Shown: piece by piece, positions 33,501 through 47,100 of the stretch
Layout of the letters: the number at the start of each line of letters is the position of its first letter
Position numbering within the stretch: position 1 is the stretch's first letter
Assembly: GCA_000004695.1 (NCBI GenBank)
Contig: CM000150.2
Span: forward strand, 2,784,001 to 2,848,000
Direction of reading: 5' to 3'
DNA from: Dictyostelium discoideum
Taxonomy: Eukaryota
DNA: 64,000 nucleotides
Program-made: the position numbers and the translations under genes
Notes under the pieces: model-generated
The model's input: the letters and a program-made list of their open reading frames with translations, nothing else
The model's database searches: none
Told to the model about the DNA's origin: nothing

Positions 33501-33587
33501 AAAAAAATGGCGGGTTATGAAAGTGTGCAATCCAGTTTGTTTTCAATGACTCCTTAGCATAGTGGTTTATTGTAATTGTCTCCAAAA
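33501..33587. repeat. Copy B of the dispersed ~80-bp repeat. It begins AAAAAAAAATGGCGGG and runs into the tRNA-like segment.
   Basis: Aligned by eye with 29001..29079. Confidence 0.5.
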
Positions 33588-33633
33588 CGTTAGAAGTTAG
33601 CAGTTGGTCCAGGGTTCAACTCCCTGAGGGGTC
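33548..33633 (+). other. tRNA-like sequence, possibly a tRNA pseudogene or tRNA-derived element, with a Pol III-type T-run terminator at 33634..33640.
   Basis: A perfect T-arm (CAGGG TTCAACT CCCTG) is followed by a 7-nt acceptor 3' strand AGGGGTC, then TTTTTTT. The candidate 5' acceptor GACTCCT lies 86 nt upstream and pairs with it using one G-U. I could not fold canonical D and anticodon arms, so this is not called as a functional tRNA. Confidence 0.3.
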
Positions 33634-34160
33634 TTTTTTTAAGAAAATTTTTAAGATCGCAGGTTCAATTCCCCTAAAATTTAATGTATTACCATGATTC
33701 TTAATATTATTAATATTATTTATTATGATTTTTAAAAACTTTTAACATTAAACAATCACCAAAAATCTACAGGTCGAAAAATCAATTGTCCAAATTAAAG
33801 AAATAATACCAGAAAAAATTGTAATTAAAATCATCCCAATAGTAATAATAAACCTGAATAAACTACTATTTTTGCTAAAGACCCAGATCTTGCAAATAAT
33901 TAATAGCATTTGTAAAAGTGGTTTTTTTTTAGACAAATACAATGTACATTTTAATTTAATTTAATGTAGAGCGTCTAAAAAAAAAAAAAAATTTTGGCGA
34001 TAGTGATACCAGTTTGGATATATATTCTAATGTTGGTCATTCCGTAACTAGTAACTCACCTAAATATCAAAAAAATAATTTAAACAATGATATAAAAAAT
34101 TTATAACCTATAATTTGAAAAGCTATAGAGATTAAAGGGGTTATGCTATTGAAATTTTAT

Positions 34161-34997
34161 TTATTTTTTTGAAGCTTTTTTAGTTTTTTTTGGTTTGGTA
34201 GCAGCTTGAACTTTTGGTTTTAATTTAGAGGTTGGTTTTTGGGGTGCTAGCTGTTTTTTTTTATCTTTTTCACCTCTTCTCATTTCAGCAATGCTTAGTG
34301 TTTTTGCAATACCATCGGTTTTTGATTGACGACTTGGTCTAGTTGAAATTGGGACAATTGGTTGTTTTTTTGGGGTATCTTCTTTTTCTTCTTCTTCGTC
34401 TTCTTTTTCTTCTTCATCTTCTTCCATTTCTTTTTCTTCTTCTTCCTCCTCTTCTGGTTCTTTTTCTTCTTCTTCCTCTTCTGGTTCTTCTTCTTCTTCT
34501 CCTGGTTGTTCTTCTCCTGGTTGTTCTTCTTTTGTTTGTTCTTCTTCAGGTTGCTCTTCTTCAGGTTGTTCTTCTTCTTCTTCTTCTGATTGTTCTTCTT
34601 TTGGTTCTTCTTCTTCTTCTTCTTGTTGTTCTATTTCTTTTACTTTTTCTTCTTCTTCTTCTTCTTCTTCTGGTTGTTTTTCTTGCTCTTCTTGTTCCTC
34701 TGGTTCTTGTTCATCCTGTTTTTCTTGGGTTGGTTGAACATTTTCTTCATTTTGATTATTACTTTTTTCGTCATCATCGTCATCCATTTGTTTATCTTCT
34801 ACTTTTTGATGGATAGAGGTTTCAAGGGATTGATCATTTGATTTACCCTCAACATCACTTTCTTCTTTTTGTTGAGAGTTGATAATACTTTCATCATCTT
34901 CAATTTCTTGGAATGGAGAATCCTTTTTATCTTGTTCAGTATTTTCCATTTCAACGTTTTGATTATCGTTCTTTTCTTCATCTCCCATTACCTCATC

Positions 34998-35058
<61 letters not shown>

Positions 35059-35465
35059 GTATCACCTTCTAATTCTTGAAATTTTTCATCATCTTCTTGT
35101 GGTTGTTGACTACTAATATTAGATAGAATTGAATTATTTAAATCATTAAAAGTTGATAGATTTTCATCACTTTTTTTTAATGACTCATTTTCTTGAGATT
35201 GAACGAATGATGAATCACTTTGTTGAGATTGAAAAATGTCACTATCAACAGTGGTATCGTTATTGTTTGAACCTTTATCGGTTGGAGTTGAATATTTTTC
35301 ATCTTGGTCAAAATCAATTGATTGACCAGATGTGTTACCACTTGTTTTACTTAGAAATTGGTTTGTAAATGGTGAATTAAATTGATCATTATCAGAATCG
35401 TCATCTGAAGAATTTTCATTTTTAGAAATTTCTCCACCACTTTCATCACTTTCATTCATTTTCTT

Positions 35466-35498
<33 letters not shown>

Positions 35499-35504
35499 TT
35501 CTTT

Positions 35505-35587
<83 letters not shown>

Positions 35588-36159
35588 CTTCTTCATCATT
35601 ATTATTAAATTGAACTTTTGGTAATGGTTTATGAGCTACTACTCTTTTTGGTTGTTTTGGTGAATCTTCTTCCTCTTCTTCATCTTCTTCTTGCTCTTCT
35701 TCATTATCATCCTCTTGTTCATCTTCATCATTATCTTCTTCATTATTATAATTATATTGATTTTTTACAATTTGACTATTATCTTCATCAGAGGAAGAAC
35801 CAATTTCCATTGGTTCATCTTGAGTGCCACCACTACTACTACTATTTACGATTGGTTGTCTCATAAATTGTTGAGTTGGTACTCTATAATTACCATCATC
35901 CTCTTCTTCACCATCGTCATCATCATCATAACTTTGATCATCTTCTTCATCTTCTTCATCATAATCATCATCATCTTGAGGTGATAAGAATTTTTGTTGT
36001 TGTTGTTTTGATGGTTGTAGTCCTGAATAGGTAGAGAATTTTGGTGGTTCTTTACCACCATGTTTTGGTCTTTCAAAATCTTTAAATCTATCTTCTTCTG
36101 AATCATCATCTTCTTCGACAATATCATCTTCAAGTTCTTCTTCAGTATCATCAGTTTCA

Positions 36160-36258
<99 letters not shown>

Positions 36259-39200
36259 AATAGTTTTTGATGTTTTTGATTTTGTAAGAATTGTTGAGCT
36301 TGCGAAGCTTGTTGATCATCTAATTCATCATCGTCATGAACTACAGCACTATCATCATCCTCTTCTTCTTCATCTTCTTCATCCTCTTCTTCATCTTCGT
36401 TTGAATCAATTTTATAGATATCTTCAAACTCTGAATCTTCATCATCATCATCGTCATCATCAGAATCATAATTTTCATCATCATCATCATCATCATCATC
36501 AGAATCAGGCATACCTCTTTTCTTTAATTTTGGAATTGGATATTCTCTATTTAAACTATCTTTAAATCTAACATTTGTAGTTTTCTTGGCAGAACCACCA
36601 CTTTTAAGTGCAGATTTTAATGGTGAACCTTGTGGAGTACTACCACTAGCAACTGATAAATTTGGTGAAGATGTTGTAGTTGAAGTTGTAGTTACCATTG
36701 TTGGGAAAATCATATCAAGAGAAGATTTATTTGAGGTTGCAACTTGTTCTTCTTCTTCTTCTTCATATTCTTCATCATATTCTTCATATTCTTGTTCTTT
36801 TATTTGTTTCTGTTGTTGTTGTTGTTGTTGTTTTTGTTGTAGTAATAATTGTGAATGAACTTCCATTTGATGTTGTAAAAGTTCTTGTTGTCTTTGGAAA
36901 TCTAAAAGTTTTTCTTGTTGATCTTCAAATTCTTTTTTAATTCTTTGTTGTTCTTGTAATTCTTTTTCTTGTTGAGCCAATCTTTGTTGAATTAATAATC
37001 TCTCTTGTTGTTCTTCATTTGATTTCTTTGTTAGAATCTCTAAATTTGAAATGGGAGCAGTTGATAAAGTTGATGATAAATATAAGGAATCATTATAAAG
37101 TTTTGGAATTGGTGATGGCATTACAATTGGTTTTTGAATGAACGATTGTGGTGGTACTAAATTAACTTTTGAAATTGATTTTGGTAATAATGGTATATTA
37201 TCTTCTTCACTATTTAAAAATTGTTGTGGTTGTGGTTGTTGTTGTTGTTGTTGTGATTGTGGTTGTTGTTTTGGTTTATCTTGTGATTCATTTGTAATAT
37301 TAAAATGAATTGGTCTTTGAATTAATGGTAATGATTGTTCATAATTTAATAATAAATGATTGATAGTATCATGACCATCGAAAACATCACCATTGACTCT
37401 AGTGGATTGATAGTAACGATTAACTTTACAAGCTTCAGGAATACGACCTCTTTTAATATAATATAAAGAGATTAGAGATGAAGCTTTCATTTTGAAAAGG
37501 AAATGTAAAAATACTTGTTCTTCAATTTCATCAAGAGACATATTTAAAATTAAATCCAATTTCTTTAAATTAAATGTATAATTAAATATTGAAAATAATA
37601 ATCTTTCAATTGAATCGATTGTTAATTGATCTTGTAAACGATTTCTAAAACTACGTTGGAATAAGATTGCCTCTAGAATTGAATGATTTGATAAAAGAAT
37701 TCTAACATATAACTGAGCTTCATCTGGAGTTTGTGGTTGGAAATTAAAACCTTTCATTAAAAGTTGAGCATAATTTTTGAATCCAAAACTATAAAATCTT
37801 GCTAAAATTGGATAAAGATATTTCTTTGTAACTTTTGAAGAATTTAATAATGTAAATGCACTTTTAATATCTTCATCAATTAAATTACTATTATTTTCAC
37901 GATTGGTGGCATCTTCATCATCATCATCATCGTCATCAATATTCATTTGATCTTGTGATTTTAATAAATAACTATCTAATTTCCAAATACCCATAATAAA
38001 ACTATAATAATTACTAGAGATATGGAAAGAACCAAAGAATGATTTTAAAGTTTCCGATTGATGTAAACTCTTTCCATTACTACCATTACCACCATTAAGA
38101 TCAGTTAATTCTAAATCTATTAATAAATAGAATAGTACTGAAATCTTTTTTGTAAATTGTTGAGATGATTCAAAAATTTTAAAGAATGATTTCATAGTTT
38201 GAGAATTATGTGGTGGATAAGAACTCATTATTTGATTACCATCAGTCGTTGTTGTTGTTGTTGTTGTTGTTGTTGATGTCGATGACGATAAATCAATATT
38301 TGAATAGAATAAATCAATTAATAATCTATCCGAAAGATATTGATTAGTTCTACCAATATTACCCATTTCAATTGTTAATTTCTCTTTAATAATTTTTCTC
38401 TTTTGAATTGTATAATTTCTAACTGATTCCATATCATTCAATGTTGATGGTTTAAATAAACCAAAATATAAAGACCATTTTAAAATTTCAATAAATCTTG
38501 CAATATTAATTGCTTGATCAATTTTAATTTTTAAAGTATCTGGTAATAAATTGGAATTTGAATTTAAATTTGAATTTGAATTAGAACCACCACCACCACC
38601 ACCACCATCAATTATCATATCATTTGAATTTAATTTATTTAAATTCTCTTGAATATATCTATCAGCTAATGATTTAAAAATACGAACTAAATCTGTAATT
38701 TTAACATAAACTAATTCTAAAAGTTTTGGTGTATCAGAATTTAATTTACTATAAATTTCAGAGAGACCAAAATTTCTATTTAATGTTTGAAAATGTGACC
38801 AAAACGATTCCAATATTAATTTTGCATTTGATGATTTATAATTTAAAATGTAATCCTTTACAATTGAAATTAAATTATTATTTAATGAAAATATTAATAA
38901 ATCATTTCTTTGTTGTTGTTGATCAGATTTATAGAATGGGAAAATATTTGATTCTACAAATTTAACATAGACTGAATTTAAAAGTGTTGATGATTCAAAT
39001 AAAATTGCACCCTTATTCGATAATTCATATACTAATCTCTCTTTTGGACTTAAATAATCTATATTATCAATAGTTGAAAATGATAATAATTTAAATTTAA
39101 AATTTGGATGATAAATTGTTAAATTTAATTTATTTTCTTCAAAATTTTCATAATTATCATCAAAGTTATCACTACCACTACCACTATTACTACCACTAGT

Positions 39201-40352
39201 TTGATATTGATCTTCTTTACTTAAAAATACTTTACTATTATTATTTTCTAATTGATAAAGTACATTATTTAAAACTGATTGTTGATCAATCCAAATTGAA
39301 TGATAACCATTATTTTTAAAGTTTCCATTCTCATCATCCAATTTAATTGAGTGTAACCAATGTTGTTGAGAATTTGAACTATAATTTATACCATGTCTTT
39401 CTAATAAAAATAAATCAAATAATTTAATTTCAATTTTAATTGTACCATTTTCAATGAATTGATAAATAAATATTGATTTTGATTTTGGTATAATTCCATT
39501 ATTTAATTTTAAATCTTTATTTTGATAAAGATATGACATTAATAAAATTTCACCAAATTGATTAGTTTGACTATTAGTTTGATTAATTTTTGTAATATCA
39601 ATTGGTGTATCAACATTTTGAGTTAATGAAATTAAATTATTAATTGTTTTACTTGAATCTGGTGATAATTGTAAATCAAATTCTAATTTATATAAAATGA
39701 TTGAAATGTTATTATTTGAAGATTTATTATTCTTTGAACCTCTACCAATCCATAGATGACTAACACTTGATGTATCATCATCTTCCAACTCTTGATAGAG
39801 AAAGTTGGTGACTGGTGATTGTTTATTCTCTAAATGACTAACACTTGAATGCAATCCAACCTCTCTAGCTGGTGAACAATAATACAATTTGAAGTTGTTA
39901 CTTGAGAATAACTGAAATGTTCCAATGCTATAGCCAATTGCTATCATTCTTAAACTCTCGATATATTCAATCGATGTAACATCCAATTGAGTAAATTGGT
40001 TGGTTTGTTGTTGTTGTTGTTGTTGTTGCTGTTGCTGTTGTTGTTGTGGATATTGGTGTTGTAATTTACTCTTTAAATTTTGTTGTGTAATACCATTACG
40101 ATCTTCAACTAAATATCCCTCTGATGAATGTTTACCTGCTGGATATTCAAATTTGTAACTATTTCCATTAAATAATTGATCACCACCTAAAATAAAATAT
40201 GGTACTAAATTATTGGTCTTATTATTAAAGAAATGTTTATAATCATAATTTGTTATATCTTGTAATATTAATTGATTCTTTTTTTTTTTAAAAAAAAAAA
40301 AATACAAAATAGATTAAAAAAAATAAAAAATAATTAATATTTGATTTTTTTC

Positions 40353-40392
<40 letters not shown>

Positions 40393-41136
40393 ACTGATGA
40401 TAAAAATTGTTCTCTTAAATTAAAATAAATATCAACTATTATAACTTGACAAGAATTTTGAATACCTAATGCTAATGGAGTTTTAATATTTCTAATTAAA
40501 TCAGCTTGTGCTTTTGAGAATTTAGATTCTCTATATAATTGTTTAATGTATGTTATAGTTGATAATGGTGTTGTATCCAATGTTTTTAATGTGTCACCAG
40601 TTTGAATATCTAAAACTTTTAATGATGTACTATTTCCACCCTTTAATGCTACAACAATAAATATTTGATCTTCGACAATTATTTCACCAACTGCTGTAAC
40701 TGAACACTAAAAATAAAAAAATAAAAAAATAAAAAAAATAAAAAAAAAAGGGGAAAGGGGAGGGGAGGGTTCAATAAAAAATAAATTAGTCGTTAAAAAC
40801 AAAAAAAAAAAAAAAACAAAAAGTTAATATCATTTTATTATTATTTTTAAAAAAAAAAAAAGTAAATATATATATATTTACCTCAATTGAATTTTCAACA
40901 ACAAAACAAAATGTTGTTATTCTTTTACCATTATTTAAATCATAAAAAAATATTTCGTTTTCTTTTGTAAACCAACTATAATTACCATCAGAAGTTATTC
41001 CTGATGGAATTTCTTCATGGTTTATATTTGGTTGTTTATTATTATTATGATGAGTATTTCCATAATTGAAATTATCAATTGGTGGATATAATAATTTTCT
41101 ATTGATTTTAGTTTCCATTGTAAGTGGAAAAGACAT
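34161..41136 (-). CDS. Protein of about 2200 aa. The structured N-terminal ~1100 aa are followed by a highly acidic, low-complexity C-terminal half and a basic K-rich tail. Three exons: 41136..40882, 40706..40395 and 40277..34161.
   Basis: The exon joins are E|GTAAAT...TTTTTAG|TGTTCA and TCATCA|GTAAGT...AAAAAAAG|AATCAA, all in phase. Long (CAA)n, (GAA)n and (GAT)n tracts encode poly-Q and the acidic runs. No family is recognised. Confidence 0.65.
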
Positions 41137-41930
41137 CCTTAGAAAAAATTATGATTGGAATGAAAAACCAAAGTGATGTTGAAAAAAAAAAGAAAAAAAA
41201 TAAAAAAAAAATAAAAAAAATGAAAAAAAAAAAAAAATTGAAAAAAAAAATAAAAAAATAAATTTTAAAAATTAAATTTTAATACGGAGCGCGCCGAATT
41301 TTTTTTACTTTTTTTTTTATTTTTCATTTTTATGTTTGACAACTTCAATCCCTTATTAATTTTTTTTTTTACATTTTTAGTTTTTTTGATTTTATCATCT
41401 TTGGCAACTTTAACCTTTTTTATTTTTTTATTTTTTTTATTATTTTTTATTTTTTTTATTTTTTTTTATTTTAATTTAAAAAATCAAATTAGAGTTTGTT
41501 CCTAATAATAAAAATAATAATTAATAAGGTAATAATAACAAACCATTTATAATTTTGATTTAACCCAAATCTAACAACTATTTTTAAAAATCATAAAATA
41601 TTTATAGATGAACAGTGGCAGTTGACTCACAACAAGCATTTAAAAAGATATTTATTTTCACCCTTTTAGTGGAAATTACTTTTTTAAAAATTTTATTGTT
41701 TTCTTTGAAAATTCCCAAATTTAATTTATTTTATTTTTTATTTTATTTTTTTTTTTTTTAATTCTCAAAAAAATAATAAAAAAAAAATAGATTTAATTTT
41801 TTTTTTTTTTTTTTTTTGCCATAATATAAATCAAAAAAATAAATAAAAAAATAAATAAATAAATATAAATAAATAAATAAATCAAAAAAAAAATAAAGTA
41901 AATTAAATAAAAAAAAAAAAAAAAAAAAGA

Positions 41931-44040
41931 ATGTTAACAGTAAATTTTTTAGCAACAAATAATTTTAAGACAAAATATTCCGATCTTTCTAAAGATACAA
42001 CGATTGATAGTCTTAAAATACAATTTTATAGAGAACATTCTTCAAATTTGCCTTTGCCATCTTCTGTATTCATTGAAAGTGATGAAGAGTCAAATAATGA
42101 TAATCATGTAAATAATAATAATAATAATAATAATGGTGATAAAGAAGTTGAATTTAAAGAAATTAATCAAAGTGATGAAAAAGTTGTTGAAGAAAAAACC
42201 AATCATTATTCAAGAGCACATTCATCAATTATTCATTCACATCAAATTAGATTTATTTTCTCTGGTAAACAATTAGAGAATTTTTCAACACTTGAGGAAA
42301 ATAAAATTGAAAATGATTCAACTATTATCGTTGCAGTATCACCATTCCTTGTAAATATCGAAGAACAATTCATTCAACATCAAAAGAAACAAAATCAAAA
42401 AGAATCATCAAATCAAGACCAATCAGATACAGTATTCGTTGGTGTTGCTAAAAGAGATCTCTCCTATATGGGTGGTACTATTGAAGAGAAAATAAAATAT
42501 AAACTATCAATTAATGATCGTTCATTTAAATCATCATCATTACAATCAAATTCTCAAGAATTACAAAAATTAGATGATTCAACTACCTTTAATCTCTTGA
42601 GTAGAATTAATAATTTCAATGATTCAACTATAACTAAAGATCAAACTGCATCCCCAATTATTCCAAATGTAAATTTAATTCCATCAACTAAATCATTTAA
42701 TAATGATTCTAAACTTGATTCAACATTAGAAACTAGTTTAGATAGATTATCACTTTATGAAATTCCAAGTAGAGATAAAATGGATTATTTAAATTCATCA
42801 TCACCACCAACAAATAATCCTACTACTACTACTTCTACCGCAACAACAACAGCAACAGCAACAGCAACAACAACAACAACAAAAACTAATCAAGAAATTA
42901 TTAAACCAAAATTATCAATTGAACATTTTTCACCAAATGGTGAAGTTTCATTTGCTGATTCAATTTCAATTATGTTTAATAGACCATTCCTTGATTTATC
43001 ATCAAATACAAAAGAAATTGAACTTCCAATTAAAATAGTTCCACCAGTTAAAGGTGCTAGTTGGCAATCAGTTGATGGTATTCTTTTTAGATATAGATTA
43101 CCAACATCTGAACCAACAACAACAACAACAACAACATCCTTTGGATTAAATTCATCACAACCAAACTTTTTCCCATTATCAACAACCTATAGGGTATCGG
43201 TTGAATGTTCAAACTTTAAAAAACTTTTCAAAGAAGATATTGCTCCATTAGAATATTCATTTACAACTTCACCACAATCATTACTAAATTGGGAATTTAA
43301 TAATGATTTAATCTTACCACAAATCAAATTAACATTTTCACAACCAATTGATTGGAGTAAATCTTCTGCCATTGCAAATTTATTTTCAATTAAAACCAGT
43401 TCAAAATTAGATCCAAAACTCACAAATCTTTCTTTTGTTCCATTAAACACTAATGATGAATCATGTCATTGGAAGAAACAATTGGAGCAAAGTTCAACCA
43501 CTGTTAGAGATAAAATATTTTGTGTTTCAATTACATCAAAGAATATTATAAAATATGAATCAACCATTGAAGTTGATGTTAAAATTGGTTCAATCGCTTC
43601 AAAGGAAGGTCCAAATTTTAATCCAATGAAAAATATAATTGGAAGGATTTTAACACCATCATTTCTTAGTATAAAAGCTGATTTATTACCAGAGTCCATA
43701 TTAAGTAAAGCAACAGAAGTTAGTTTTTCTTCAAATAATATATTGGAATCTAAAATTATTCCTTCAAATCAATATGACAATTATTTCTCAATTATACCAA
43801 AGGTTGAAATTACTTCAGTCTCTATATGTGGTAAAAGTGTTCGTATTTTTGCCAAATTTAAACATTCCCAAACTTATTCAGTTTCGATTAAAAAGTTTAA
43901 AGATATTTATGGTCAAATTGGTGATTCTCATGGAATTTTCTCTTTTCCAAATATTCCAATTAAAATTTGGACTCATCCATCAATTTCTTCATTTACAAAT
44001 AATTTTTATAATTTAGATCCAAATTCACAGTATGTATTAA

Positions 44041-44080
<40 letters not shown>

Positions 44081-44089
44081 TAATATATT

Positions 44090-44162
<73 letters not shown>

Positions 44163-47100
44163 GACCAATTTTTAAAATTAATTCAACAGGTACAGATCAA
44201 TTAATTATTAGAGCATTTACAGTTTCAAAGAAAACATTAAAAAGAAAAACAAAAATTAGTGGATCATTAAAAGTTGATGTTAATAAAATTAAAAATGAAA
44301 ATGGTGAATTTGAATCAATTTCAACAACTACAATTGATTTAGCAAGTTTCTTTGGTGGTAGAAATGTTCATAGTTGTAAATTTCAATTACTTCTTTTTTC
44401 AATTTCATATCCTGGAAATTTAATTTCTCAAGTTTTTGAAAAAGGAGATGATGGTACACAATTTTTATTACAATATACACCAATCAATGTAAATTCTTTT
44501 GAAGTTGGTAATCAATTCATTATAAATGCAACCGATTCAATCTCTAGAGAAAATTTAAAGAATTTATCATTAAAAGTTTATAATGATGATGATGGTGATG
44601 AAAAAGATAAAAAATCATTCAAACAATACACGATAACAGATTCACAAATTCAATTATTTGAAAAATCTACAATCGGTGGTTCTCATATGTTTATTTCAAC
44701 ATTGGATGGTAAAAACAAATGTTTATATCAAGTTCCTATCAATGAAATCAATAAGAAACCTTATGAATTCACTACCATAATTTTTGCCCAACAAGGAATT
44801 TTTCGTCCTGGCGATACTGTTAATGTTAAAGGTACAATTAGAGTTGTAGTTGATGAAGGTGTAATCTTACCAGATTCAAAGTTTTTCTCAAAGTATATTG
44901 ATGTTTATCAAAATGATGATATGGTAAATATATCATACACTTTAAAGGATGCAAAGAAAAAAGAAGTTGCCAAAGGTATAACAAAATTAAATGAATTTGG
45001 TTGCTTTGATCTAAAGTTAGTATTACCATTGGATATTAATTTGGGTAACTGTTCAGTGGTTTATAAATATTGTAATGAAGAATTCTCATTCTCTGATATC
45101 AATGTTCAAGAGTTCAAATTGAAAACATTTTTATTGGAATGCTCAATGTCAACCGAATCAAATCGTGGTACCTTTGAATTGGAGACACCATTTGGTGTTG
45201 AATTATTTGCAAAATCATACACTGATGAAATTATACCAAATACAACTGTAGATTGGAAAATCACCGTAAGACCATTGACACCAATCCTCTCGAATTTGGA
45301 TAAAGCTTTCAATTACTTTAGACATGAAACTGATAATATGTATTTTGGTGAGAGTTTTGCTTATAAAAGTAAAAGATCACCAAATGGTAAACATAATTTA
45401 GATTTGGTTCTTCAAGAATGTTCACAACGTTGTGAAGTTAGAGTTCATGCAACTGTAGCCGATGCTTCAAATAATCAAGAGGAAATCTCAAAGAATTTTA
45501 TTGTAGAGAATACTAAATTCACAAACTTTGGTGTTTTAAGTTCCAGTTCAACGATAACTCATCTTATTAATGTCGGTCAAGATTTCCATGTTGATATGTC
45601 ATTGCGTTACTTTGACAATCAACAATCATTTGATGGTAAAATCGATGCAGAAATTCAAAAGATTCCATATGAAGAAGATTTATTACCAGAGAATGTTCAT
45701 AAGAGTACAATCATACCACATACTGATACTCCTTTAAGATTCTCTTATCAATTCAATGAAACTGGTTATTATAAAATAAAATTAAACTATAGTAATGGTG
45801 GTGAACAATTATCTCAATATCATACCATTTCATTGTTTGTATTTGGTAAACAATCTCAAGCAGAATTAGAATATAAAGAATGTACTGCACCTGTTAAACA
45901 AACAACTACAAACAACACCTCATTACTCTATGGAAAGGAAACATTTAAAGCTAAACCAAAACTTGATATCAATTGTTCATTAGATAAAGAGATTTATCAA
46001 TTGGGTGATACAATTAAAATGTGTATCTCTTCAAAATCATTGAATGCCAAGGGTTACATTTGTTGCTCCAAAGAGAATACAATCATTAATGTCATACCAA
46101 TTCAATTGATTGATGGTCAACATGATTGTAAATTTGAAATCAATGAAAAAGTTTATTATCAACCATTATTCTATGTTTATTTAGAAGGTAGTTTGTTGGT
46201 GGAAATAAATGGTGGCCAAAAGGTTAATCGTTTAACAAGTTCATTCGTAAAGGTACCAGTAAAGATTGATTACACTGACAAGCTATTGAATGTTCAAGTT
46301 GAAAAATGTAATAAATTCCAATCTCCATCAGAAGAATCAAATATTACTATCAGTGTAAAAGATAAAAATCAAAAACCACTCTCAAATGCTCATGTTTCAT
46401 TGATTATTGTTGATCAAGCAGTTTTAGATATAACAAAGCATTCAATTAAAACCCAATGGGATCCATTAAATACTTACTTTGGAGATGGTTCATTTTTTAT
46501 TGGTAGAAATAAAATGAACTCTCTATTGGACAAAACAATCTATAATGATCCAGTAGAAATTAAAACCATTGAATTGGATCTTGAAGATTTCCAAGGCGAT
46601 AATGAATTACAAATCATTAATATTAAATATATGGCAGGTAGAATCATTCAATTAAAAGTATCGGATGAAACAACCATTGGTGAACTTCAACAAATGATTA
46701 TGGACAGAGATGGTCTTCCACCATCATCACAACGTTTATTCTACTTGAATAAACAAATTGATTCAAACGCAACAATGAAACTTAAAGAATTTTCAATCGT
46801 TAATAAAGCAACTCTTAATTTGGTAATCCGTTTACATGGTGGTACAAATACACCACCTTCAGATGACAAACCACTAGCTCAAGATTTGAATAAACCAATT
46901 AGAGTACGTTCAAACTTTATGCCTTTGGCTTACTTTGGAAGTTTAAATACCAATCAAGATGGTAAAGTAACATTTACTTATAAACTTCCAGATAATCTTT
47001 CAACCTTTAGAGTTATGGCTTTGGTTCACTATGGCAAAGATCAATTTGGTAGTTGTGAACATACTTTTATATCATCGTTACCAATAATGGTTCGTCCAAG

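Noticed and set aside
34343-36940. Several plus-strand ORFs (poly-L/F/V) overlapping 34161..40307.
   Set aside because: Antisense translations of the (GAA)n, (CAA)n and (GAT)n tracts of the large minus-strand gene.
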